Source: Candidatus Daviesbacteria bacterium
Lineage (GTDB): Bacteria > Patescibacteriota > Microgenomatia > Daviesbacterales > UBA10151
DNA length: 64,000 nucleotides
NCBI GenBank assembly: GCA_016176415.1
Contig: JACOXH010000003.1
Span: 12,419 to 76,418, forward strand
Direction of reading: 5' to 3'
The stretch's first letter is position 1, and the number at the start of each line of letters is the position of its first letter. The notes under the pieces were generated by a model. That model was not told where the DNA came from. It saw nothing but the letters and a program-made list of their open reading frames with translations, and ran no database searches. Positions 36,424 to 45,471 of this stretch are shown here, in pieces. A program made the position numbers and the translations under genes.

Positions 36424-37375
36424 GAAAATTTGAGCATTTGTCAACCGGAATATAATTTAGTTCCTTCTGTTTTGAAGGGTGGCATTGTTTTTGACAGGAT
36501 TGATTTTCTATGCATGCTGTTTGCAAATCTTGTTTTTGCATATGATCAGCCTTTGCCGGAGCATTTAGCATAACAAAGCTGACAATAATAAAAATAGAAG
36601 TAGTTGCTACACTAAAGAAGGAAAATCTTTTTTTAAGTTTTAAGTTGGGGTTAACCAAACGGTGAATTCTTATTTCAAAATAATCGGGATTTGAAGCATT
36701 GGAAACAAGCCCTAAGTTTTCAGAAGGTTTGCTCAAAACTTTTTTTAAAGCTTTTCTTAAATACCCTGATTTTTTCTGATATTTAATTGTCCACTGATCA
36801 GCCAAAAATTCTGCAGAGCTTTCTGCGTTTTTATGAAGTTCCTTAAAAATCGGCAGAAAGAAAAACATAGATGAAAGAGTTTTACCAATAAATACTTTTA
36901 ATGGATCTCTGTTTAAAAGATGAGATTGCTCATGAAGCAAAACAGCCTCAAGTTCTTTTTTAGTTAATGACTTTATCAGGGATGTGCTTATTACGATAAA
37001 AGGAAAGACAAATCCTGCGCAAAAGGAAAAAAGATTTTTGTCTTTAATTACCACTACTTTATTATTAATGCCTACATTTTGGAAAATTTTTTTCAAATCA
37101 GATGAGGGTGGCATTTTTTTTGAAAGCAGATTATTTAAAAACAGCTGTGTTTTAATTATTTGAATTAAAGCAGACAGCAGGCCTATCCCTAAAAGTGTAC
37201 CTGCGCCTAAAAGAAAAATGGTAGGGAAGGGAGAGGAGAAAAGCGCCGGTCCCATACAAGATAAGTTTTTTTCATCAAAGAGCGCAAAAGTTTTTTTGGG
37301 AATAAGGGTTAAAATAAAAGTTACAACAAGAGCGGAAATTACCAAAATTAAAAAGAATGTATTTACTTTTTTCAT
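36413..37375 (-). CDS. BlaR1-like peptidase M56/M48 sensor
   Basis: LEAVLLHEQSH..RDPL and EFLAD motifs; Cys-rich tail. Confidence 0.85.
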   Translation of the reverse strand: MKKVNTFFLILVISALVVTFILTLIPKKTFALFDEKNLSCMGPALFSSPFPTIFLLGAGTLLGIGLLSALIQIIKTQLFLNNLLSKKMPPSSDLKKIFQNVGINNKVVVIKDKNLFSFCAGFVFPFIVISTSLIKSLTKKELEAVLLHEQSHLLNRDPLKVFIGKTLSSMFFFLPIFKELHKNAESSAEFLADQWTIKYQKKSGYLRKALKKVLSKPSENLGLVSNASNPDYFEIRIHRLVNPNLKLKKRFSFFSVATTSIFIIVSFVMLNAPAKADHMQKQDLQTACIENQSCQKQCHPSKQKELNYIPVDKCSNFLLH

Positions 37376-37758
37376 TTATTGTCCAAAATCTTTAAAAGAT
37401 CCTGTCTTTTTTGCGGACTGACTTTTTGTATTTCTTTAACAAAATGAGTTAAAACTTCATCTCCCAAAGCAGAGATTGAAGAAGAGAAAATATTGTGGAC
37501 TGTTTTTGCAATAAATTTATCCTTGGAAACTTTGGGTTTATATAAGTAACTTGACCCGTTTAAACGTCTTATTAAAATACCTTTGCTAACAAGTCTTGCC
37601 ATTACAGTCATGACGGTAGTATAGGCAATTTTTCTCCTTATTTTTAAAATATCTGCAACTGTTTTTACTGAAACTGTTTCTTTATGGCCCCAGATGATGT
37701 CCATAATTTCAGATTCCAGTTCCCCCATCACCTTACCGTTTACCAATTTTTTATTCAT
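37372..37758 (-). CDS. BlaI/MecI/CopY family repressor
   Basis: GELESEIMDIIW..AYTTVMTVMARLVSKG. Confidence 0.9.
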   Translation of the reverse strand: MNKKLVNGKVMGELESEIMDIIWGHKETVSVKTVADILKIRRKIAYTTVMTVMARLVSKGILIRRLNGSSYLYKPKVSKDKFIAKTVHNIFSSSISALGDEVLTHFVKEIQKVSPQKRQDLLKILDNK

Positions 37759-37775
37759 TACTATCTATTGTAGTA
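37759..37775. promoter_or_regulatory. BlaI-type autoregulatory operator
   Basis: TACTAT-CTATT-GTAGTA abutting the repressor start codon. Confidence 0.7.
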
Positions 37776-37788
37776 CAAAAGGATTATT

Positions 37789-38784
37789 TTATACATAACC
37801 AATCGTTAAGATGTTGTCACCGAATTTTTTAAAGGATAAATTTTTTAAATAAATTGCTTTGCTGATGCTTTCCGCTCCATTTCCCTCAATGCTCACAGCA
37901 GTTTTACCTCCCAGAAGAATTGGGGCGTGAAAAGCGTATACCTCATCGATTATTTGGCAGTCAACAAATTTTCCTAAAGTTTTACCTCCGCCTTCAACCA
38001 GGATACTGATAATTCCTTTTTGTTTAAGCATTGATAACAGATCAGGGATGTTGTCGGTTGATGTAATAAGGATATTGGGGTCCCGTAAGATTTGAGAATG
38101 TTTTGGAATTTGCGTTTTAGAACCTAAGACCACCCGCAGGGGGTCTTTTTTTCCTTTTATGCGTGCTCCCAAATGCGGATTATCTTTGAGGATAGTATTT
38201 ATTCCTACTACTACTGCCTGATATTTGCTTCGTAAACCCCTTGCGTAAATTCTCGCCTTTTCATTAGTAATCCACTTTGAATTACCTGTGGAAGTAGCCA
38301 GTTTTCCGTCTAAAGAAGCTGCAAATTTTAAGGCAACAAACGGGCGTTTTTTTTCATGGAAAGTAAAAAATGTCCTGTTTAACAACCGGGCCTCATTTTC
38401 CAATATTCCAACGGAAGTTTCTATGCAGGCTTTTTTTAATGTTGCCAAACCCTTTCCGTTTACTTTTGGATTTGGATCTTTGGTTGCGCAAACGACCCTT
38501 TTTACCCCTGATGTAATAATTGCATCCGTGCAAGGCGGGGTTTTGCCGTAGTGAGAGCAGGGTTCAAGATTAACATAGAGCGTTGCTCCTCTTGGACTCC
38601 TCTTTACAGAATTTAATGCTTCAATTTCTGCGTGCGGAAGACCTGCCCTGCGGTGATACCCCTGCCCGATTATCTGGCCGTCTTTAACTATTACTGCTCC
38701 AACCATTGGGTTGGGGTTTGTCCAGCTTAAGCCTTTTTTAGCAAGTCTTAAGGTTTCTTTAAGGTATTTAATATCTTCGTCCAT
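37789..38784 (-). CDS. ribD: Riboflavin biosynthesis deaminase/reductase RibD
   Basis: PNPMVGAV, HAE, LEPCSHYGKTPPC, SLDG and VEGG motifs. Confidence 0.95.
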   Translation of the reverse strand: MDEDIKYLKETLRLAKKGLSWTNPNPMVGAVIVKDGQIIGQGYHRRAGLPHAEIEALNSVKRSPRGATLYVNLEPCSHYGKTPPCTDAIITSGVKRVVCATKDPNPKVNGKGLATLKKACIETSVGILENEARLLNRTFFTFHEKKRPFVALKFAASLDGKLATSTGNSKWITNEKARIYARGLRSKYQAVVVGINTILKDNPHLGARIKGKKDPLRVVLGSKTQIPKHSQILRDPNILITSTDNIPDLLSMLKQKGIISILVEGGGKTLGKFVDCQIIDEVYAFHAPILLGGKTAVSIEGNGAESISKAIYLKNLSFKKFGDNILTIGYV

Positions 38785-38786
38785 AG

Positions 38787-39365
38787 CTAAACCAGATTTA
38801 ATTTGTGGTTCATTTTATATTTTTTGGTTTTTAAATAAGTATTATTTGTTTTGTTTGGAGCAATTTCAAGAGAAAGACATTTTTTTATATTTACTCCAAG
38901 TTGTCTAAGTTGATTGACTTTATCAGGATTATTAGTGAGCAGGTTAATCTGATTAATATTTAATTTCTTTAAGATTTGGGCAGCTATTTTATAATTCCGC
39001 TGGTCAGCAGCAAATCCCAATTGTTCATTGGCAGTAACTGTATCCAGTCCATTCTCCTGTAAAGCGTAAGCTCTGATTTTATTAGTCAACCCGATACCTC
39101 TTCCTTCCTGGTTTAAATAAATTAAGACTCCATTTCGGGCCCGGCTGATTTTTTTCAAACTTTGTTGTAGTTGCTCACGGCAGTCGCATCTTAAGGAAGA
39201 GAATGTGTCGCCTGTTAAACATTGGGAATGGATTCTAACCAAAACTTCTTTGTCAAAATTTTTTCCTTTGATTAAAGCCGCATGTTCTAAATTATCCTTT
39301 GATTTAAAGATGCTGATTTGAAAAATTCCAAATTTTGTAGGTAAAGTAGCTTGTGCAATACTCAT
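38787..39365 (-). CDS. ribA: GTP cyclohydrolase II (monofunctional)
   Basis: VRIHSQCLTGD, RCDC, QEGRGIGL and LLTNNPDK motifs; no RibB domain. Confidence 0.95.
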   Translation of the reverse strand: MSIAQATLPTKFGIFQISIFKSKDNLEHAALIKGKNFDKEVLVRIHSQCLTGDTFSSLRCDCREQLQQSLKKISRARNGVLIYLNQEGRGIGLTNKIRAYALQENGLDTVTANEQLGFAADQRNYKIAAQILKKLNINQINLLTNNPDKVNQLRQLGVNIKKCLSLEIAPNKTNNTYLKTKKYKMNHKLNLV

Positions 39366-39835
39366 ATTTTAGATAGTGTTTTAATCGTTTCCAGTAAAGT
39401 GCTGGCTGCTTCAATACCTTTATTATATTTGCCAATGCTTCTTTTTCTGGCTTGTTGCAAATTATAAACTGCCAATATTTCCAAAGTAACAGGAATGTTA
39501 AATTCTAAAGAAATTTTCATCAAAGCTCTGGTGCACTCATTGGCAATCATCTCAAAATGATAAGTTTCTCCCTTTAAGATAATGCCAAAAGCGATAATCC
39601 CGTCAAATTTTTCGCTAGCTGCAATATTTTTGGCAATAAGAGGGATTTCCCAGGAACCGGAAACTTCAAAAGTGGTTATATTATTTTCAGAAACGCCGGA
39701 AGCTGCTAAATGCTTTCTGCATGCTCTTTCCATGCTTTGAGTCAAATCTTTGTGATAATTACTTCTGATAATCGCAATTTTAAGTTTTTGATTTAGAGTA
39801 TCAAACCGGGTTAATTTTTGATGTTGTTTGATCAT
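39362..39835 (-). CDS. ribH: Lumazine synthase
   Basis: VSGSWEIP, GETYHFEMIA and NKGIEAA motifs. Confidence 0.92.
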   Translation of the reverse strand: MIKQHQKLTRFDTLNQKLKIAIIRSNYHKDLTQSMERACRKHLAASGVSENNITTFEVSGSWEIPLIAKNIAASEKFDGIIAFGIILKGETYHFEMIANECTRALMKISLEFNIPVTLEILAVYNLQQARKRSIGKYNKGIEAASTLLETIKTLSKI

Positions 39836-40413
39836 TGTTTCAAAAGTCTTTCTGTGTATTTTGCCAAAATATCTGTTTCAATGTTGACTAAGTCGCCGGT
39901 TTTTAAGGTGTTTAGCATGGTATTGTTCCATGTATACGTGATAATTCCAACCGTAAAATGAGTTTTTCCTGCCTCAATTACGGTCAAAGAGATACCATTG
40001 ACAGTAATCGATCCTTTTTCTGCAATGTATCTGGTAAGACGGGAGGGAAGAGAGAATTTAAGAATAAAGCTATTTTTTTGTTTTGTAATGCTTAAAAGTT
40101 TAGCAACTCCGTCAACGTGGCCTTGTACTATATGCCCTGATAAAAAAGCTTGAGGGGTTAAAGGTAATTCCAAATTAACTATATCATTTACCTTAAGATA
40201 AGCCAGCATGGTTTTCTTTCGTGTCTCGGGCATCACTTCAACAGAAAAAGAATCTTTTGTAGGTTTTTTGAAAATAGTTAGGCAAACTCCATTTATGGCA
40301 ACACTGGTGCCGATTTTCAGTTTTTTGCAGAAAGATTGTTCAGCATTAAATGCCAGAACTGATCCGTTGCTACTATAAAGTTTCCCTAGATGGGTAATAA
40401 TTCCTGTAAACAT
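39832..40413 (-). CDS. ribE: Riboflavin synthase
   Basis: MFTGII, SVAINGVCLT, GHIVQGHVD and GISLT motifs. Confidence 0.95.
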   Translation of the reverse strand: MFTGIITHLGKLYSSNGSVLAFNAEQSFCKKLKIGTSVAINGVCLTIFKKPTKDSFSVEVMPETRKKTMLAYLKVNDIVNLELPLTPQAFLSGHIVQGHVDGVAKLLSITKQKNSFILKFSLPSRLTRYIAEKGSITVNGISLTVIEAGKTHFTVGIITYTWNNTMLNTLKTGDLVNIETDILAKYTERLLKQ

Positions 40414-40585
40414 ATTCTCTCTTTCATCCCGACTGTACCCTTCGACTACGCTCAGGGTCCTTCTCTGAAGGACGGTCGCTACCGGAGTTTCGCCGGTTCC
40501 TGCTTTTTAGGGCTCGTGGAGTTTACCACCGATCTTGACTTACACAACGTTGAAGTTGATTTACAACTTCAACCCCCGAAAGAAT
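40414..40585 (-). ncRNA. FMN riboswitch with inserted hairpins
   Basis: Minus strand TTCTTTCGGGG..GATCGGTGGTAAACTCCACGAGC..GAACCGGCGAAACTCCGGTAGCGACCGT..ACAGTCGGGATGAAAGAGAGAAT-ATG; TGATATAAT promoter at 40600-40592. Confidence 0.85.
40437..40458 (+). repeat. Family B element inside the riboswitch
   Basis: ACCCTTCGACTACGCTCAGGGT, matching the outer element at 15288-15352. Confidence 0.8.
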
Positions 40586-40609
40586 GGCTACATTATATCA
40601 TTTTCCCTC

Positions 40610-40634
40610 AAAAAAACTCGCACAAAGCGAGTTT
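40610..40634. terminator. Terminator-like hairpin
   Basis: aaaaaaaCTCGC-acaaa-GCGAGtttt. Confidence 0.45.
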
Positions 40635-40736
40635 TCTTGAAAACTTACTTTTCAGTAAGCGTTAATATTTAATCAAAAACAAATTTGTTGGTCAAGTGGT
40701 ACAAAATAGATCATGAGGTGTGATATAGTATCTTCA

Positions 40737-41186
40737 ATGAAAGTATATCTCGCTACAGATCATGCAGGGTTTGAGTTAAAAGAAACAGTTAAAGAGTTTT
40801 TAATAAAAGAAGGGTATGAAGTAGAGGACTGCGGAGCTTACCAGTATGATAAAAACGATGATTACCCTGATTTTATCTCCAAGGCGGCAGAGATGGTTTC
40901 CAAAGATCCGGAAAATTCAAAAAGTATAATCTTTGGTGGTTCCGGACAAGGAGAAGCAATAGTAGCAAACAAGTTTCCAAAAGTAAGAGCAGCTGTTTAT
41001 TACGGAAAAGCTGAAGATATGCCTTCTTTAACCCGTCAGCATAATGATTCTAATATTTTGTCGCTGGGAGCAAGATTTTTAAATGAGGAAGAAGCAAATA
41101 ATGCTGTTAAATTATTCCTGGATACTCCATTCTCAGAAGATGAAAGACATATCAGAAGAATTAAAAAAATAGAAGAAATCAAATGA
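40737..41186 (+). CDS. rpiB: Ribose-5-phosphate isomerase B
   Basis: ATDHAGF, DDYPD, GGSGQG, ANK, HNDSNIL and RHIRRI motifs. Confidence 0.92.
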   Translation: MKVYLATDHAGFELKETVKEFLIKEGYEVEDCGAYQYDKNDDYPDFISKAAEMVSKDPENSKSIIFGGSGQGEAIVANKFPKVRAAVYYGKAEDMPSLTRQHNDSNILSLGARFLNEEEANNAVKLFLDTPFSEDERHIRRIKKIEEIK

Positions 41187-41830
41187 TTCAAATTCTTCCC
41201 GCAATACTTGATAAAACTCCCGAAGAGTTCGGGAAACATATTGATCAGTTAAGTCGCTCTGCTTCATTTCAGGAGGGTTGGGTACATATTGACTTCGCGG
41301 ACAATAAATTTGTTCTAAATGAGGCGATTGGCCCTGAAGAAGTAGCCAAATACCCCCTTAATCTTAATAAGGAAGCACATTTGATGGTGTCTCATCCTTT
41401 GCAGTGGATTGACAGGCTAAAAGAAGCAGGTTTCAAAAGAGTAGTTTTCCATTTTGAATCAGATGATGATCCTTTGGAAGTTATTAATAAAATAAAAGAG
41501 GCAGGAATGGAAGCAGGGATTGCTTTAAAAATGGAAACACCGATTGAAAAACTGGAACCATATAAAGATAAAATAGATTTAGTGTTACTCATGTCAATTG
41601 TGCCGGGTTTTCAGGGACAACCTTTTTTGCCTGAAGCGTTAGATAGGATTAAAAGTTTAAAGGAAAAAGGTTGGCCAGTCAGGATTTCTGTAGATGGTTC
41701 TGTACGTGACAGTAATGCCAGGCAAATAGTCCAAGCAGGAGCAGACCAGTTGTCTGTTGGATCTTTTTTGCTGACAGGAGATATTAATGAAAATATGGAA
41801 AAACTCTGGGAGGCTATAGGTGGATCTTAA
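41183..41830 (+). CDS. rpe: Ribulose-phosphate 3-epimerase
   Basis: HIDFAD, AHLMV, MSIVPGFQGQ and VDGS motifs. Confidence 0.9.
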   Translation: MIQILPAILDKTPEEFGKHIDQLSRSASFQEGWVHIDFADNKFVLNEAIGPEEVAKYPLNLNKEAHLMVSHPLQWIDRLKEAGFKRVVFHFESDDDPLEVINKIKEAGMEAGIALKMETPIEKLEPYKDKIDLVLLMSIVPGFQGQPFLPEALDRIKSLKEKGWPVRISVDGSVRDSNARQIVQAGADQLSVGSFLLTGDINENMEKLWEAIGGS

Positions 41831-42449
41831 GGAAAAAAAGGCTAGAACAATTCAATATGTGGCAATTTTTGGTTATGCTGATGCTTCTGAAAAGGATGGA
41901 CTTTTCCAGTCTGTTGAGGGGGTCGCTAAAGAGTTGGCAGAGGCAGGCTACACAGTAGTAGACGGGGGAGGTCCCGGAGTGATGAGGGCTGCTACTATCG
42001 GGGCCAAAGAAGGCGGAGGCAAGGTGATTGGAGTGACTTTATATTCTGAAGATATTCCCAATTTTGAAGGACGGGATCCCAAAAATCTTTTTGATGAGGA
42101 AATAAAAACCACCAGTTACGTTGAAAGAACCCTGGCTTTGATGAAAATGGGGCAGGTTTACATTGTTTTTAACGGGGGAACAGGCACAATTTCAGAGTTT
42201 GGCATGGCCTGGGGTTTGGCTAAGTTGTATTTTGGCCATCACAAACCCTTAATTTTGTACGGTAAATTTTGGGAAGAAATTATAGAAGTTTTTAAGAAAA
42301 AAATGCTTCTTCGCCCTGAAGAGTTAAAAGTTTATAAAATAGTAAACAGTCCTTTACAGGTACTGGATGCTATAGCTGATTTTGAAAAGGAGTTGGAAAG
42401 AGGAGAACATGATCATGGCGTGCGTACAAGCAAAGATTACAGTTTGTAG
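41820..42449 (+). CDS. LOG family nucleotide monophosphate nucleosidase-like protein
   Basis: GGGPGVM and GGTGTISE motifs. Confidence 0.8.
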   Translation: MDLKEKKARTIQYVAIFGYADASEKDGLFQSVEGVAKELAEAGYTVVDGGGPGVMRAATIGAKEGGGKVIGVTLYSEDIPNFEGRDPKNLFDEEIKTTSYVERTLALMKMGQVYIVFNGGTGTISEFGMAWGLAKLYFGHHKPLILYGKFWEEIIEVFKKKMLLRPEELKVYKIVNSPLQVLDAIADFEKELERGEHDHGVRTSKDYSL

Positions 42450-42452
42450 ATT

Positions 42453-42602
42453 ATGAATTGTTATTTCTGTGGAGAGTTATTATCGCAACTTTTTGCCGCT
42501 TTTATAGCTTTGATAACCTTTTTAGTTGTACCAGTAATGCAGATTTTAGGAGCTACTATGAAATTAATTAGTGATAAAATTATATCTTTGAAAAAAGTTT
42601 AA
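42453..42602 (+). CDS. Possible 49-aa TM peptide (not in ORF track)
   Basis: MNCYFCGELLSQLFAAFIALITFLVVPVMQILG...; fills the intergenic gap exactly. Confidence 0.4.
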   Translation: MNCYFCGELLSQLFAAFIALITFLVVPVMQILGATMKLISDKIISLKKV

Positions 42603-42605
42603 ACT

Positions 42606-43034
42606 ATGATTTCATCAAAACTTTCAAACAGACTGATTTTTATTTTCAGCTTACTGGGTTTTGCGGTGTCTGCTTTTTTGCTTTATGAATATTCTTTAAG
42701 CGGGCCAATGGTTTGTCCTGTAGGAAAAGGTTGTGATATTGTCCGGTCCAGTCCGTACGCTTCTTTTTTTGGTATTCCGATTCCTGCTTTTGGGATTGTT
42801 TTTTACCTTACTATGGCAGCGTTATCTGTTATCCATTCTCATGAAATACCTACAAAAATAATTAAAAGATTACAACTTTTACTTGCTTTAACAGGAGTTG
42901 GTTTTGGAGCGTATTTAACATACCTGGAAGCTTTTGTGATTAAAGCTTTTTGTTTTTGGTGTGTTTTATCTTTTATTATTTCAGTTATAATCTTAAAAGT
43001 TATACTTATCAGAAGAAATGAAAACAGAGACTAA
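42606..43034 (+). CDS. Vitamin K epoxide reductase (VKOR) family protein
   Basis: CPVGKGCDIV..SPY and FCFWC motifs. Confidence 0.9.
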   Translation: MISSKLSNRLIFIFSLLGFAVSAFLLYEYSLSGPMVCPVGKGCDIVRSSPYASFFGIPIPAFGIVFYLTMAALSVIHSHEIPTKIIKRLQLLLALTGVGFGAYLTYLEAFVIKAFCFWCVLSFIISVIILKVILIRRNENRD

Positions 43035-43668
43035 AGTACTGGGGATAATTTTACTTGTTACAGTGGCATTGCTTTTGGGTTTTGTATTTTTTTTAGGCAA
43101 AAGTTCAAATTCTTCCAATAATATAAGCAGTGAAGTTTTACAAATTGATTATTCCAAAGGGCAAAGAATAGGCAGTGACAGTGCTAAAGTAAGGCTGGTG
43201 GAATTTTCAGATTTTCAGTGTCCTGCCTGCAGATCAGCAGAACCATATATAAAGCAGGTGATTTCCTCTTATGGTGACAATGTGCAATTTATTTACCGCC
43301 ACTTCCCTCTTCCTCAACATCAGTTTGGTAAAAAAACAGCCTATCTGGCAGAAGCAGCAGGAGAGCAGGGTAAGTTTTGGCAGATGCATGAGAAGATTTT
43401 TGAAACCCAGGACAGTTGGTCTAAGATGTCAGGAAGTGATGCTGATTCATATTTCTTAAAATTAGCAAAAGAATTAGAAATTGATGAAAGTAAGGCAAAA
43501 GAGGCTATGGAGGGGGATGTTTACAAAACAAAAATAGATGAGGATATTGCTGAAGGCAGAAAATTGAGGATCAATTCAACCCCAACATTTTTCCTAAACG
43601 GAAAAAAATTAAACTTGCAAAGTTTTGCTGATTTAAATACTATAGTAGGAGAAGAGCTGAAAAAATGA
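43018..43668 (+). CDS. DsbA family thiol oxidoreductase
   Basis: EFSDFQCPAC, YRHFPL and STPTFFLNG motifs. Confidence 0.9.
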   Translation: MKTETKVLGIILLVTVALLLGFVFFLGKSSNSSNNISSEVLQIDYSKGQRIGSDSAKVRLVEFSDFQCPACRSAEPYIKQVISSYGDNVQFIYRHFPLPQHQFGKKTAYLAEAAGEQGKFWQMHEKIFETQDSWSKMSGSDADSYFLKLAKELEIDESKAKEAMEGDVYKTKIDEDIAEGRKLRINSTPTFFLNGKKLNLQSFADLNTIVGEELKK

Positions 43669-44369
43669 ACATAGATTTATCAGATAAAGTAGCCATAGTT
43701 ACAGGAGGGGCGATGGGGATAGGTTTGGGGGTGGTAAAAAGATTAGAAGAAGCAGGAGCCAAAGTGAAAGTTGCTGATAAGACTTTGGGTACTGATGTGT
43801 CTTCAGAAGAAGACGTTAAAAGAATGGTTGAAGAAACTGTGGCGGAGTTTGGAGGGATAGATATTTTGGTAAATAACGCAGGAATCTATCCTGTGAAACC
43901 AGTAGAGCAGATGAGTGCAGAAGAGTTTGATAAAGTTATTGCCGTAAACTTAAAAGGTGTCTTTCTTTGTACAAAATATGTCTCTGAACAGATGATCAAA
44001 CAAGGAAGAGGGGGAAAAATTATCAATATTACCTCCATTGATGCCCTGCATCCCTCATCAGTGGGTTTAGCTCACTACGATGCTTCCAAACACGGAGTAT
44101 GGGGTTTTACTAAAAATGTAGCTTTAGAGTTGGCTCCACACAAAATTTGGGTTAATGCCATTGCTCCCGGGGCAATAGAAACACCGGGGGTCACTCAAGG
44201 GAAGCCTTTGGATACTGCTATTATGGAAAAATTCCTTGCCAAAATCCCCATGAAAAGAATGGGACAGCCTGATGAGATTGGTAAAGTAGCCCTCTTTTTA
44301 GCCTCTGATATGTCATCCTATATGACAGGCAGCCAGATAGTGGTTGATGGCGGGGTGCTGCTCTCCTGA
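43665..44369 (+). CDS. Short-chain dehydrogenase/reductase
   Basis: TGGAMGIG, NNAG and YDASK motifs. Confidence 0.9.
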   Translation: MNIDLSDKVAIVTGGAMGIGLGVVKRLEEAGAKVKVADKTLGTDVSSEEDVKRMVEETVAEFGGIDILVNNAGIYPVKPVEQMSAEEFDKVIAVNLKGVFLCTKYVSEQMIKQGRGGKIINITSIDALHPSSVGLAHYDASKHGVWGFTKNVALELAPHKIWVNAIAPGAIETPGVTQGKPLDTAIMEKFLAKIPMKRMGQPDEIGKVALFLASDMSSYMTGSQIVVDGGVLLS

Positions 44370-44372
44370 GCC

Positions 44373-45392
44373 TTATTCGTTTACAGATTTTGGTTTTTCA
44401 ATTAATCGTTCCCATTCTTTTTGTTTTTCCGGATCAGCTATTTTATTATCTGCATTCATCAGATTATTGACAGGACCTGGTTTATAACCTGCATTGATTA
44501 AAGCTCGCATATTGTCTGTTGTTTGCAGACCAGCATAATACTTGCCGTCAGGTCCTATAAAAGTAACAGCGCCGTCATTTCCTTGCATAGAGCCAATTAG
44601 TGCAAGTCTTTTTTCTGTTTGGGTTGGATCAAAAGCCGAAGGTACAACACTGCCTTCTTCATCAGCCCACGAGGTGATTCTCTGTCCGTCAAGGCATATA
44701 AAATCACCTTCAGGCATGGTAACACCTTTTTCATCAGCCTGTTTTTGATATCTGGTAAGAACCTCAACTTTTATTTGATCTTCAGTATCCACGCTAGATT
44801 CGGTTATTTCGACGTGCACTGGTTTTAAATTATCTAAGGGGATTCCTGTCAAACTGCCCTCAATCTGTACATATCTTCGGCCATCAGGCCCTATCCCCAG
44901 ATCGTCGATAACTCTAATAGGAATGTCGCCATCCTTGGCTTCCCAAAGATATTCTCCAAGGAGAGGCTTCGTTGCTTGAGGTGATGAGAGTGCTGGTTCT
45001 GTTTGAGGGGTTGCAGGAAAATTATACTTTTTCCTTAAGGCATTTATAAACGCCTGTTCTTCAGGTTTGATATCTATACCTAAGTCTTCCCTTAGTTTGA
45101 TACTACGTTGGATAGCACCTTCTTTATTATGATGGCGCTGATCTTCAATGTATAGTTTTTTTAATCTATCAATGAAAGATGTCTGCATTACTCCCTCAGG
45201 TGCTCTTCTCACAGCTTCCAAAAGAAACGGCTGGATTTGTTCCCTGCCTTGCTCGCCTGCTGCTTGAAATAATTTATCTGCATCATCTATTAGCTGGCTG
45301 GGTTTTATTTTGCCGGACAGAACTTGTTTGGTTATACGGTCAATAGCTTTGGATGCATTTCCGGAAGGTCGGTGTTCGGGTGAAGCAGGCAT
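44373..45392 (-). CDS. Hypothetical protein
   Basis: 339-aa ORF with no recognised motif. Confidence 0.65.
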   Translation of the reverse strand: MPASPEHRPSGNASKAIDRITKQVLSGKIKPSQLIDDADKLFQAAGEQGREQIQPFLLEAVRRAPEGVMQTSFIDRLKKLYIEDQRHHNKEGAIQRSIKLREDLGIDIKPEEQAFINALRKKYNFPATPQTEPALSSPQATKPLLGEYLWEAKDGDIPIRVIDDLGIGPDGRRYVQIEGSLTGIPLDNLKPVHVEITESSVDTEDQIKVEVLTRYQKQADEKGVTMPEGDFICLDGQRITSWADEEGSVVPSAFDPTQTEKRLALIGSMQGNDGAVTFIGPDGKYYAGLQTTDNMRALINAGYKPGPVNNLMNADNKIADPEKQKEWERLIEKPKSVNE

Positions 45393-45471
45393 ATTTCTTA
45401 GTGTTATTTATAATATAGTACTATATTTGACACAAAGCAAATATTTAAAGTAAGATATAAAAAGTAAGAAT

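Noticed and set aside
40390-40665. 91-aa plus-strand ORF
   Set aside because: It is antisense to the FMN riboswitch, and its PFDYAQG segment is just the translated repeat
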